DNA from: Methylorubrum extorquens
GTDB taxonomy: Bacteria > Pseudomonadota > Alphaproteobacteria > Rhizobiales > Beijerinckiaceae
DNA: 32,000 nt
Assembly: GCA_900234795.1 (NCBI GenBank)
Contig: LT962688.1
Coordinates: forward strand, 3,510,001 to 3,542,000
Direction: 5' to 3'
The notes under the pieces were generated by a model. It was not told where the DNA came from. It saw only the letters and a list, made by a program, of their open reading frames with translations, and made no database searches. Both the position numbers and the translations under genes were made by a program. Within the stretch, counting starts at the first letter, position 1; each line of letters opens with the position of its first letter. Below are positions 1 through 7,327 of this stretch, one piece after another.

Positions 1-845
1 GCGGTAAGCGCGGGCGACTTGTCGGCATCGAACGGCGTCAGGGCGAAGTAGGCGGCGCGCCCGACCCGGATGTCCGGAAAAGGCGCCACGAGCCGGCCCG
101 CGGCGACCATCCGGTCGAGCACGGGAAACGGCCCGATGCCGAGACCCGCGCCGTCCTCAAGCGCCTGCAAGGTCACGAAGAAGTGGTCGAAGACCCGGCG
201 GCGCACGCCGCCGGGGAGCGTCACCGCGGCGACCGTGAGCCAGTCGCTCCAATCCCCCGGCCGAGTCTCGGTGCCGAGGAGGATGTGACCGTCGAGGTCG
301 CGCAACGTCGCGAGCGGTTTGTCCTGTAGCAAAGCGGCGCTTGCCACCAGCGTGTCGGTCTCCGTCAGGAAGGGCACGGCGCGGTGCTGTGGCCAGGGCT
401 CGGGGCCGCGCCGGATCGCAAGGTCGAACCCGCCGCGCAGCGCATCCTGCAAGGTCGTCGTGGTGGTGACCCTGACCTCCGTGCCGGGACGAACCGCATG
501 GAAGTCGTCGAGGCGCGGGATCAGCCAGCGCATCGCGAAGGTCGCAGGCGCGCTGACCCGCAGGACGCGCGGCGCCTGGGGCCGTCCGCACGCTTCGGCT
601 GCCGCCGTGAGCCGGTCGAAGGACAGGCTGATCTCCTCGGCGAAGACGCGCGCTGCCGGGGTCGCCACCATCCGTCGGCCAACCCGCACGAACAGCCTTT
701 GGCCGAGCCAGGTCTCCAGGGCGGCGATTTGCCGGCTCACCGCGCCGTGGGTCAGCCCGAGTTCGAGCCCGGCCTGCGCGTAGCTGCCGGCCCTGGCCGC
801 GACTTCGAACACCTGCAACGCGTGCAGCGGCGGTAGCCGGCGCAT
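1..845 (-). CDS. LysR-family transcriptional regulator (GcvA-like). The start is at 845 and the C-terminus runs off the left edge of the window.
   Basis: My own reverse-complement translation from the ATG at 845-843 gives MRRLPPLHALQVFEVAARAGSYAQAGLELGLTHGAVSRQIAALETWLGQRLFVRVGRR..., a typical LysR N-terminal wHTH, followed by a substrate-binding-like region. There is no stop before position 1, which explains its absence from the ORF track. It is divergent from an MFS gene. The listed ORF 157..906 (-) is a shadow frame. Confidence 0.85.
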   Translation of the reverse strand, partial: MRRLPPLHALQVFEVAARAGSYAQAGLELGLTHGAVSRQIAALETWLGQRLFVRVGRRMVATPAARVFAEEISLSFDRLTAAAEACGRPQAPRVLRVSAPATFAMRWLIPRLDDFHAVRPGTEVRVTTTTTLQDALRGGFDLAIRRGPEPWPQHRAVPFLTETDTLVASAALLQDKPLATLRDLDGHILLGTETRPGDWSDWLTVAAVTLPGGVRRRVFDHFFVTLQALEDGAGLGIGPFPVLDRMVAAGRLVAPFPDIRVGRAAYFALTPFDADKSPALT

Positions 846-961
846 GTCCCTCACCCCTCGATCCGTGAGAAAACCGCACGAAACCCGTGAGGCAAACGGC
901 TCTCATCGCGCAAAACTCACAAGTCTAGGATCGCCGCGCAATCGCAGCCGGAGATTTTCGT
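846..961. promoter_or_regulatory. Divergent LysR/MFS intergenic control region
   Basis: This is a 116-bp gap between divergently transcribed genes. It carries a repeated motif, ATCGCGCAA (905-913) and ATCGCCGCGCAA (930-941). No promoter elements could be assigned with certainty. Confidence 0.35.
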
Positions 962-2164
962 GTGAGCCAAGCCGTTCGACTCGATGCATTCCAGCGGGCG
1001 GATCGCGCGTGCCTCGACCTCAAGCGGCGCAGCCTCGGCGGAGCCTGCCTCGCCCACGCCCTGCACGACGGCTACACCGACCTGCTCTACGTGCTGCTGC
1101 CGGTCTGGCAGGCGGAGTTCAGCCTCGGCTATGCCGGGCTCGCCGTCCTGCGCAGCCTCTACTACGCGACCATGGGCGGGTTGCAGATCCCCGCGGACCG
1201 GCTGGCGGCGCGCTGGCCGATCCGCATGAGCCTCGCCGTCTCGACCCTCGTCGCCGCCGCGGGCTTCGGTGCGATGGCACTGAGCGGCAGCCTATTCGGG
1301 CTCTGCGCCGGTCTGGTGCTCGCCGGGATCGGTGCGAGCCTCCAGCATCCCCGCGCCTCGCTCCTCGTCGCGCAGGCCTATGGAGGCGCCGCGCGCGGGC
1401 CGCTCGGGATCTACAATTTCGCCGGCGATCTCGGAAAGGCGGTGTTTCCGGTCGTCGTCGCGCTTCTGCTCGGGGTGATGGCGTGGCGGCCGGTCGCCGG
1501 GCTGATGGCGGCGGTCGGCCTCGCCGCGGCGCTGGCGCTGGTCTTCGTCCTGCCGCGGGGATCGCTGGCCGCTGCGCCCCCGCGCTCCGGCGGGAGCGGC
1601 GGCGAGGGCCGGGGCTTCTCCCTCCTGATGACAATCGGCGCCTTTGACACCGCCACGCGGATGGGCACGCTGCTGTTCCTGCCCTTCCTGCTGGAGGCGA
1701 AGGGCGGCACGGGCACGACCACCGGGCTCGCCCTCGCCCTGGTGTTTTCCGGCGGCGCCTTCGGCAAGGCGGTGTGCGGCTGGCTCGGCGAGCGGCTCGG
1801 TATCGTGCCGTGCGTCGTCGCGACCGAGACGGCCACCGCCGTGGGGGTCGCCGCGCTCCTCGTCCTGCCGCTCGGGCCGACCCTGGCCCTGCTGCCGCTC
1901 CTCGGCCTCGTCCTCAACGGCACCTCCTCCGTGCTCTACGGGACGGTGCCGGATCTCGCGCCGCGGGGGGATGTCGGCCGGGCGTTCGCGCTGTTCTACA
2001 CCGCGGTGATCGGATCGGGTGGCCTCGCGCCGATCGCCTACGGGGCGCTGGGCGACAGGGCCGGGCCCGCCGTCGGTCTGCTGGCCGCCGCCGCCACGGC
2101 GCTCGCCATCGTTCCGCTGGTCCTTCGATTGCGCCGGCCGCTCGCGGCCAGCGGCCAGGCTTGA
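962..2164 (+). CDS. MFS transporter of unknown substrate
   Basis: The 400-aa ORF starts with GTG and is hydrophobic throughout, with roughly 12 predicted helices (e.g. LLYVLLPVWQAEF, LVLAGIGASLQHP, LLFLPFLLEAKG). It has the classic divergent pairing with a LysR regulator. Confidence 0.8.
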   Translation: MSQAVRLDAFQRADRACLDLKRRSLGGACLAHALHDGYTDLLYVLLPVWQAEFSLGYAGLAVLRSLYYATMGGLQIPADRLAARWPIRMSLAVSTLVAAAGFGAMALSGSLFGLCAGLVLAGIGASLQHPRASLLVAQAYGGAARGPLGIYNFAGDLGKAVFPVVVALLLGVMAWRPVAGLMAAVGLAAALALVFVLPRGSLAAAPPRSGGSGGEGRGFSLLMTIGAFDTATRMGTLLFLPFLLEAKGGTGTTTGLALALVFSGGAFGKAVCGWLGERLGIVPCVVATETATAVGVAALLVLPLGPTLALLPLLGLVLNGTSSVLYGTVPDLAPRGDVGRAFALFYTAVIGSGGLAPIAYGALGDRAGPAVGLLAAAATALAIVPLVLRLRRPLAASGQA

Positions 2165-2294
2165 GCAAGAACAAACGCGAATTCAGCCTTTGTCTTCGGC
2201 TATACGGCCAAGTCACGAAACAAAATCAGGTCAACCTTTCGTCAAGATCGAACGTCAAGGGCGTCCTCGAAGTGCTTTTCGAAGGGACGACCGG

Positions 2295-2660
2295 ATGCGA
2301 AGAACCTGCCTCGGCGCCTGTGCCGGCCTTGTGCTGCTCGCAGGAATGTCCGCACCCGCGCAGGCCGAGAACCGGACGGCGATGAGTGTCGGAGCCGGTG
2401 CCGTGGCCGGTGCGCTCGTGGCCGGGCCGGTCGGCGCCGTGGTGGGCGCGGTGGCCGGTGGCTTCATCGGCTCGAACAGCAGCGCGCGTCCCCGTTCCAC
2501 CCGCAAGCGCCGCGCCGCCCTGCGCCGGTCGGTCCGTGCGCCCCGCCGCGCGGCGATGGCCGAGCCGGCGGTCGCCCGCTCCGAGGCGCCGCGGGTGATG
2601 ACCACCGGTGGCGCGAGCGCCGCCGCACCGGTCCGTTCCGGCTGGCAGGATCCGCGTTGA
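2295..2660 (+). CDS. Small secreted glycine-zipper protein (121 aa)
   Basis: This uses an internal ATG of ORF 2019..2660. The signal peptide MRRTCLGACAGLVLLAGMSAPAQA is followed by the Gly-zipper GAGAVAGALVAGPVGAVVGAVAGGFIG and a basic tail. Third-position GC is very high. An AAGGGA motif lies upstream of the ATG. Confidence 0.6.
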   Translation: MRRTCLGACAGLVLLAGMSAPAQAENRTAMSVGAGAVAGALVAGPVGAVVGAVAGGFIGSNSSARPRSTRKRRAALRRSVRAPRRAAMAEPAVARSEAPRVMTTGGASAAAPVRSGWQDPR

Positions 2661-2775
2661 GCGTGTCCGGACCGGTCCTGGCAAGTGTCGCTTTCACGTC
2701 ACAGCCAGGGAAATGCGCAAGCGTGGCCGGTCCGGTGCCATTTTCATGACGCGATGCGGCGCGCAGGATCACCTC

Positions 2776-3030
2776 ATGCAATCGTCCGAGAGCGAGGAAG
2801 CGATGGCTGATCCGAGCGCCGACCCGAACCGAACGGACCGACTGCAGACGGTGTCCTGCCTCGAGCGGCCCGTCGTCAGCCGGGTGACCAAAGGTGTCGC
2901 CTCCGCCATCGGCAAGCGCCTGTCCGTCGATAAGGACGGCGCCCTGCCCGATCGCCTCGCCTCCCTCGTGGATCGTCTCCAGGCCGGACCTCTCGGCCGC
3001 ACCTCCCTCAAGCATCGTCGAGTTGCCTGA
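2776..3030 (+). CDS. Small hypothetical protein (84 aa, or 75 aa from the ATG at 2803). It may carry a NepR-like anti-sigma-type motif.
   Basis: This is the 3' part of ORF 2608..3030. Third-position GC is high. AGGA lies upstream of the ATG at 2776, and GAGGAAG upstream of the ATG at 2803. The segment AIGKRLSVDKDGALPDRLASLVDRLQ loosely recalls the NepR signature (IGxxL...P[VL]PDxFxxLLxxL), but the spacing is shorter. The stop codon abuts the next start (TGAATG). Confidence 0.5.
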   Translation: MQSSESEEAMADPSADPNRTDRLQTVSCLERPVVSRVTKGVASAIGKRLSVDKDGALPDRLASLVDRLQAGPLGRTSLKHRRVA

Positions 3031-3312
3031 ATGTCCAAGTTCGATCGCGCCCTCAACGACGCCGCCGTAGTCCCCTTCCCCGCCGCCGCCGCCGAGGCGG
3101 TGGCCGACGAGAACGTCGCCTCGATCATCGAGGTGCTTCAGGATCAGCTCAAGCTCGCCCGCGAGGGCAAGCTGCGCTCGGTCGCCGTGGTCTCGGTCTC
3201 GAACGATGGCAGCGCCATCGGCACGCAATGGTCCTGTGCCCATGGCGACGTGGCGAGCCTGATCGGCAAGCTCACCGTCCTGTCCCACGACATGATGGCC
3301 GCGCGGAACTGA
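3031..3312 (+). CDS. Hypothetical protein (93 aa), translationally coupled to the preceding small ORF
   Basis: The ATG lies immediately after the upstream TGA. Third-position GC is very high. A strong terminator follows. I do not recognise any family. Confidence 0.6.
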   Translation: MSKFDRALNDAAVVPFPAAAAEAVADENVASIIEVLQDQLKLAREGKLRSVAVVSVSNDGSAIGTQWSCAHGDVASLIGKLTVLSHDMMAARN

Positions 3313-3340
3313 GTTTTTCTTCGAACGGCTTCGAAAGCAG

Positions 3341-3374
3341 AAAAGGCGGCGCCCGCAGCGCCGCCTTTTCTTTA
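3341..3374 (+). terminator. Rho-independent terminator
   Basis: AAAAGGCGGCGC (3341-3352), loop CCGCA, GCGCCGCCTTTT (3358-3369), then CTTTA. This is a perfect 12-bp stem with a T-rich tail. The A-run on the left arm makes it potentially bidirectional. Confidence 0.85.
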
Positions 3375-3642
3375 TGTCGACGGGTTGTTGGTGTTCGCCC
3401 GACGCGTCGTGCCGCGCATGGCCCCGAACGGGTCGGAGCCGCGCCCGATCAGGCCCGAACGCAACACCCTGGACGCGCAAATGCAGCGCATCTGGCTTTC
3501 TGGTTGCACGCCCGACCGGCGCATTCATACTGAGAGCGTTGGACGCAAACCTTCCGGTCACGACGACCCTGCGGCTACGGGGCTTACGGCGACTTAGCCG
3601 ATCGCCGTCCGTGAGTAGGCAGACGGGAAGGGGGTGAGCAAT

Positions 3643-3729
3643 GTGCTGATGTTTCCGCTTCTGCGGATCACCATCACGAAAAACCCGAGCGGTGAGTGGT
3701 CCGTGACCATCACGCTCGGGCTCATGTAA
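3643..3729 (+). CDS. Candidate micro-ORF (28 aa from the GTG at 3643, 26 aa from the ATG at 3649): (V)LMFPLLRITITKNPSGEWSVTITLGLM
   Basis: It is too short to appear in the ORF track. A GGGAAGGGGGTG Shine-Dalgarno-like run (3625-3636) sits just upstream. About 25 of 28 codons end in G or C. A hairpin (3749-3772) lies just downstream. A possible sigma70-like promoter is TTGCAC (3504-3509), N17, ATACTG (3527-3532). The call is speculative. Confidence 0.25.
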   Translation: MLMFPLLRITITKNPSGEWSVTITLGLM

Positions 3730-3748
3730 ACCGTAGTCCAACAAGAGA

Positions 3749-3772
3749 GCCCGCAGGTAGCCGCCTGCGGGC
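3749..3772. terminator. GC-rich hairpin, probably the terminator of the minus-strand acyl-CoA ligase operon and possibly bidirectional
   Basis: GCCCGCAGG, loop TAGCCG, CCTGCGGGC. On the minus strand it is followed by TCTCTTGTT. It lies about 80 nt downstream of the stop at 3852. Confidence 0.5.
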
Positions 3773-3851
3773 CCTCACTTCTAAGTATGGGGTGTTGTCA
3801 GGATGAAATCAAACCCGCCTCAGACAGCATGACGACTGAAGCGGTCGTCTC

Positions 3852-5438
3852 TCAGACCAGCCCGAGCTTCTGCGCCAGCCCGATGCGCTGGAGCTTGCCG
3901 GTGGCGCCCTTGGGGATCTCGTCGAGGATCAGGATCTTGGCCGGCACCTTGAAGGCGGCGAGCCGCTCCGAGGCGAAGCTGCGGATATCCTTCTCCACCG
4001 CCTCAACGCCCTCGCGCAGAACGATCGCGGCAGCGACATCCTCACCCAGCTTGTCGTGCGGCACGGCGAAGGTGACGCATTGCGACACCGCCGGGTGGTC
4101 CATCAGGATCTCGTCGACCTCGCGCGGGCTGATCTTCTCGCCGCCGCGGTTGATGATCTCCTTGAGCCGCCCGGTGATCGAGAGATAGCCCTCAGGGCTC
4201 AGCACGCCCTGGTCGCCGGTGCGGAACCAGCCCTGCCGGGTGAAGGCCTCGGCATTGGCCTTCTCGTTGTTCTCGTAGCCCTTCATCACGTTGTCGCCGC
4301 GGATGACGATCTCGCCGGTCTCGCCCGCGGGCAGCGGCTCGCCGTCCAGATCGACCACCGCGATTTCCGGGCCTGCCGCGAGGCCGACCGAGCCCGCGTA
4401 GTGGGGCTTGGGCGGCAGCGGGTTCGAGGCCATCTGGTGCGCGGCCTCGGTCATGCCGTAGGCCTCGATGACGGGGGCGCCGAAGGTGTCCTCCAGCTCC
4501 TTCATCACCTGCGGCGGCAGGGACGAGGACGAGGAGCGGATGAAGCGCAGCGGGTTGCGCGCGATGATTTCCTTGTTGCGCGCGGCCCGGCCCAGGATCG
4601 CCTGATGCATGGTCGGCACGCCGGTGTACCAAGTGGGGTTCACCTCATCCATCCAGCCGAAGAACTTCAGCGCGTTGAAGCCCGGCGTGCAGGACACCTG
4701 GCCGCCGACCGAGAGCGGGGCGAGGATGCCGGCGATCAAGCCGTGGATATGGAACAGCGGCATGATGTTGAGGCCGCGATCCTCGGGCCCGAAAGCGAGC
4801 GCGGTGCGGATGTTGCGCGCCGAGGCGCAGACATTGGCCTGCGTCAGCGGCACGATCTTCGGCCGCGAGGTGGTGCCGGAGGTGTGCAGCACCAGCGCGA
4901 TGTCGTCCGAACCGGCGGGGCCGCTCTTCTCCGCGGGACCGGCGCTCTCGCTGGCAAAATGCAGCGTGAAGCTGCCGGCGCCCTCGTCCGGGGTCGGCCG
5001 CAGGCGGGCGACCGACACGCCGAGTTTCTCCGCGACCGCGACGGCCGGCGTCTCGGAGCCCTCGGCGACCAGCAGGAGCTTGGCCCCGAGGTCGCTCATG
5101 TAGAATTCGAACTCGTCGGCCTTGTAGCTCGGGTTCAGCGGCGCCGAGGTGGTGCCGGCGGCCACCGCGATGAAGGCGGCGGCCATTTCCGGGCCGTTCG
5201 GCAGCACGATCGCGACGCGGTCGCCGCGGCCGATGCCGCGGGCATTGAGGTCTGCGACCGTGCGCTCGGTCAGCGCCCGCAGGGCCTGGAACGTCAGCGG
5301 CACGCCGCCGGGGCTCGACAGGGCGGGGGCCGCATCGGCGCCGGCCTGGATCAGCTCGTGAAGAGTCGTCGCGGGCACGCTGGCCTCCTTGGAATCGATG
5401 GGGAGAAGGGCGGAAGGTTCGGGCAGGAGCATCGTCAT
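3852..5438 (-). CDS. AMP-dependent acyl-CoA ligase, AAE3/Pcs60-like (putative oxalate--CoA ligase)
   Basis: The ORF 3852..5822 was trimmed to the ATG at 5438 (MTMLLPEPS...), which overlaps the upstream stop as ATGA. Adenylation motifs are LHTSGTTSRPKIVPLT, GMTEAAHQM, WFRTGDQG, RLKEIINRGGEKISPREVD and PKGATGKLQR. Long stretches match my recollection of plant AAE3 and yeast Pcs60 oxalyl-CoA synthetases (APLNP.Y..EFEFY.SD, LRFIRS.S.SL.P, LAAFKVP). The operon context includes an oxalate/formate-antiporter-family gene. Confidence 0.85.
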   Translation of the reverse strand: MTMLLPEPSALLPIDSKEASVPATTLHELIQAGADAAPALSSPGGVPLTFQALRALTERTVADLNARGIGRGDRVAIVLPNGPEMAAAFIAVAAGTTSAPLNPSYKADEFEFYMSDLGAKLLLVAEGSETPAVAVAEKLGVSVARLRPTPDEGAGSFTLHFASESAGPAEKSGPAGSDDIALVLHTSGTTSRPKIVPLTQANVCASARNIRTALAFGPEDRGLNIMPLFHIHGLIAGILAPLSVGGQVSCTPGFNALKFFGWMDEVNPTWYTGVPTMHQAILGRAARNKEIIARNPLRFIRSSSSSLPPQVMKELEDTFGAPVIEAYGMTEAAHQMASNPLPPKPHYAGSVGLAAGPEIAVVDLDGEPLPAGETGEIVIRGDNVMKGYENNEKANAEAFTRQGWFRTGDQGVLSPEGYLSITGRLKEIINRGGEKISPREVDEILMDHPAVSQCVTFAVPHDKLGEDVAAAIVLREGVEAVEKDIRSFASERLAAFKVPAKILILDEIPKGATGKLQRIGLAQKLGLV

Positions 5439-6442
5439 GCCCCCTGGATCGCGAGGCGACCCTGGGCACGCTCGAGGCTCTGGGCCAGGAGCCGCATCAG
5501 GGCGAAGACGGTGTCGATATGCGGGGTCGGGGTGCCGGTGAGGCGGCCGAGTTCGATCACCGAGCCGACAAGGGCTTCGAGCTCGATCGGCCGGCCGGCC
5601 TCGACGTCCTGAAGCATCGAGGTCTTGTGCGGGCCGACCTTCTCGGCGCCGGCGATGCGCTTGTCGATGCCGAGGCGGAAGGTGACGCCGAGCTTGTTCG
5701 CGATGACCTCCGCCTCGCGCATCATCTCGGCGGCGATCGCCCGGGTGTCGGGGAAGCGGCAGATGTCTTCCAGCGTCGCGTGGGTCAGCGCAGAGATCGG
5801 GTTGAAGCTGAGGTTGCCCCACAGCTTGAGCCAGATCTCGGCGCGGATGTCGCTGGTAACGGGCGCGCGGAAGCCGGCCTTGGCGAGGCGCTGCGACAGG
5901 GCGAGCACCCGCTCCGACTTCGAGCCGTCCAGTTCACCGAGACCGAAGCGGTTGCCCTCGATCACCTTCACGGTGCCGGGATCGGTGAGCACGGTCGCCG
6001 GATAGACCACCGAGCCGATGACGTGTTTGGGGTCGAGATGGTCGGCGATCAGCCCGCCGGGATCGGCGCTTTCCAGCCGCGTGCCGGCATGGTCTCCACT
6101 GTAGCCGCCCAAAAAATACCACCACGGAATCCCGTTCTGCATCGTCACCACGACGGTGTCGGGGCCGATCAGGTGGTGCAGGTCGGCGGCGATCGGGCCG
6201 ACCTGATGCGCCTTCACCGTCAGCAGCACGACCTCGTGCACGCCCGCCTCCTGCATGGAGCGGGTCGCCTTGACGGATTTCGAGTGGATCTCGGTGCCGT
6301 CCTCCTCGATCAGGCGCATGCCGTCCGCCTGGATCGCCGCCGCGTTGGAGCGGGCGATGAAGGTCACGTCCTCGCCGGCCTCCGCCAGCCTGACTCCGAG
6401 ATATCCGCCGATGGCGCCGGCGCCGACGATCGCGATGCTCAT
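5435..6442 (-). CDS. 2-dehydropantoate 2-reductase (PanE/ApbA) family oxidoreductase; a candidate PanE2-type oxalyl-CoA reductase
   Basis: The ORF 5435..6529 was trimmed to the ATG at 6442 (MSIAIVGAGAIGGYLGVRLAEAG, a Rossmann GxGxxG motif) with GGTGAG upstream. A ketopantoate-reductase-like C-terminal domain is present. Its stop overlaps the ligase start by 4 bp. The specific function is inferred from context and from the published PanE2 oxalyl-CoA reductase of Methylobacterium extorquens. Confidence 0.8.
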   Translation of the reverse strand: MSIAIVGAGAIGGYLGVRLAEAGEDVTFIARSNAAAIQADGMRLIEEDGTEIHSKSVKATRSMQEAGVHEVVLLTVKAHQVGPIAADLHHLIGPDTVVVTMQNGIPWWYFLGGYSGDHAGTRLESADPGGLIADHLDPKHVIGSVVYPATVLTDPGTVKVIEGNRFGLGELDGSKSERVLALSQRLAKAGFRAPVTSDIRAEIWLKLWGNLSFNPISALTHATLEDICRFPDTRAIAAEMMREAEVIANKLGVTFRLGIDKRIAGAEKVGPHKTSMLQDVEAGRPIELEALVGSVIELGRLTGTPTPHIDTVFALMRLLAQSLERAQGRLAIQGA

Positions 6443-6547
6443 ATTCTCACCCGTGCTGCCGTTTTTCGCTCCGCCGGCTTCGTTCTGAAACGCCGTTCGA
6501 GGCCGGTTCCATCCGGCCGCGGAGACCACTTTTGCTTGAGCGTGCCG

Positions 6548-7327
6548 TTAATCAAACCGGTTCGAGAGCGTTCCAATGCCCTCGATCACCACTTCGACCG
6601 TGGCACCCTTGGGGGTCGGCCCCGACCCAACCGAGGTACCGCAGGCGATCACGTCACCCGGCTCCAGCGTCATGCCCTGCGAGAGCTGCGCGACGAGCCG
6701 GGGGACCGGGATCAGCATGTCGCCGATCGGAAAGTTCTGACGTTCGCGCCCGTTCACCAGGGTCCGCACGGTCAGCGCCGCCGGGTCGAGCCCGGTGGCG
6801 ATGACCGGACCGAACGGCCCGAAGCCGTCGAGGCCCTTGGCGCGGGTCCACTGCGTAAAGCTCGCATCCGCCTTGAGGATCGCCGAAGCGGTGACGTCGT
6901 TCACACAGGTGAAGCCGAAGACGTGGTCGGCGGCTTCTTCCTCGGTGAGGTCGCGCGCCGTTTTGCCGATCACGATTCCGAGTTCGCCCTCGTAGAGCGC
7001 CCGGCCCGCCGCCTCCGGCACCGCCACCGACGCTCCGGAAGGCCGGAAGGTGTTGGCGGGCTTGATCAGGAACAGGGGCGCCTCGGGCCGCGACAGGCCC
7101 TGCTTTTCCATGAGCGCCCCGAAGTTGTTCCACAGGGCGATCATCTTCGAGGGCCGGCAGGGCAGGCCGACGCTCACTTCCGCGAGCGCCAGCACCTGCC
7201 CCGTGGATCTGTTCTGGCCGAACAGGTCGCCCTCGCAGACCTCGATCCGGTCTCCGTCGAGCCGGCCGAAGCCGGGCTCACCGTTATGGACGAAGCCGAT
7301 CCAGCGCGTCACGGTCACCTCCGTCAC
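6548..7327 (-). CDS. Fumarylacetoacetate hydrolase (FAH) family protein
   Basis: The 259-aa ORF carries FAH-fold signatures: YEGELGIVIGK, VFGFTCVNDVTA and PGDVIACGTSVG. Its GTG start at 7327 overlaps the upstream transporter stop (GTGA). Confidence 0.85.
   Translation of the reverse strand: MTEVTVTRWIGFVHNGEPGFGRLDGDRIEVCEGDLFGQNRSTGQVLALAEVSVGLPCRPSKMIALWNNFGALMEKQGLSRPEAPLFLIKPANTFRPSGASVAVPEAAGRALYEGELGIVIGKTARDLTEEEAADHVFGFTCVNDVTASAILKADASFTQWTRAKGLDGFGPFGPVIATGLDPAALTVRTLVNGRERQNFPIGDMLIPVPRLVAQLSQGMTLEPGDVIACGTSVGSGPTPKGATVEVVIEGIGTLSNRFD

Noticed and set aside
157-906. ORF 157..906 (-, 249 aa), plus 319..783, 384..836 and 844..1647 on the plus strand
   Set aside because: The real gene here is the LysR regulator, in another minus frame (1..845), which has a clear wHTH. 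The listed ORFs are off-frame or antisense artefacts.
2668-2740. Palindrome GGACCGGTCC and the long-range complement CCGGACCGG ... CCGGTCCGG after the glycine-zipper gene, as a possible attenuator
   Set aside because: The stem is short relative to the roughly 45-nt loop, and the U-tract is weak (TGCCATTTT). It could be a weak terminator, but the evidence is too thin to annotate.
2464-3744. ORF 2464..3744 (-, 426 aa) spanning the small-protein operon and the non-coding gap
   Set aside because: It has no motifs and runs antisense through two high-GC3 plus-strand ORFs and straight through a strong terminator hairpin. It is not a plausible gene.
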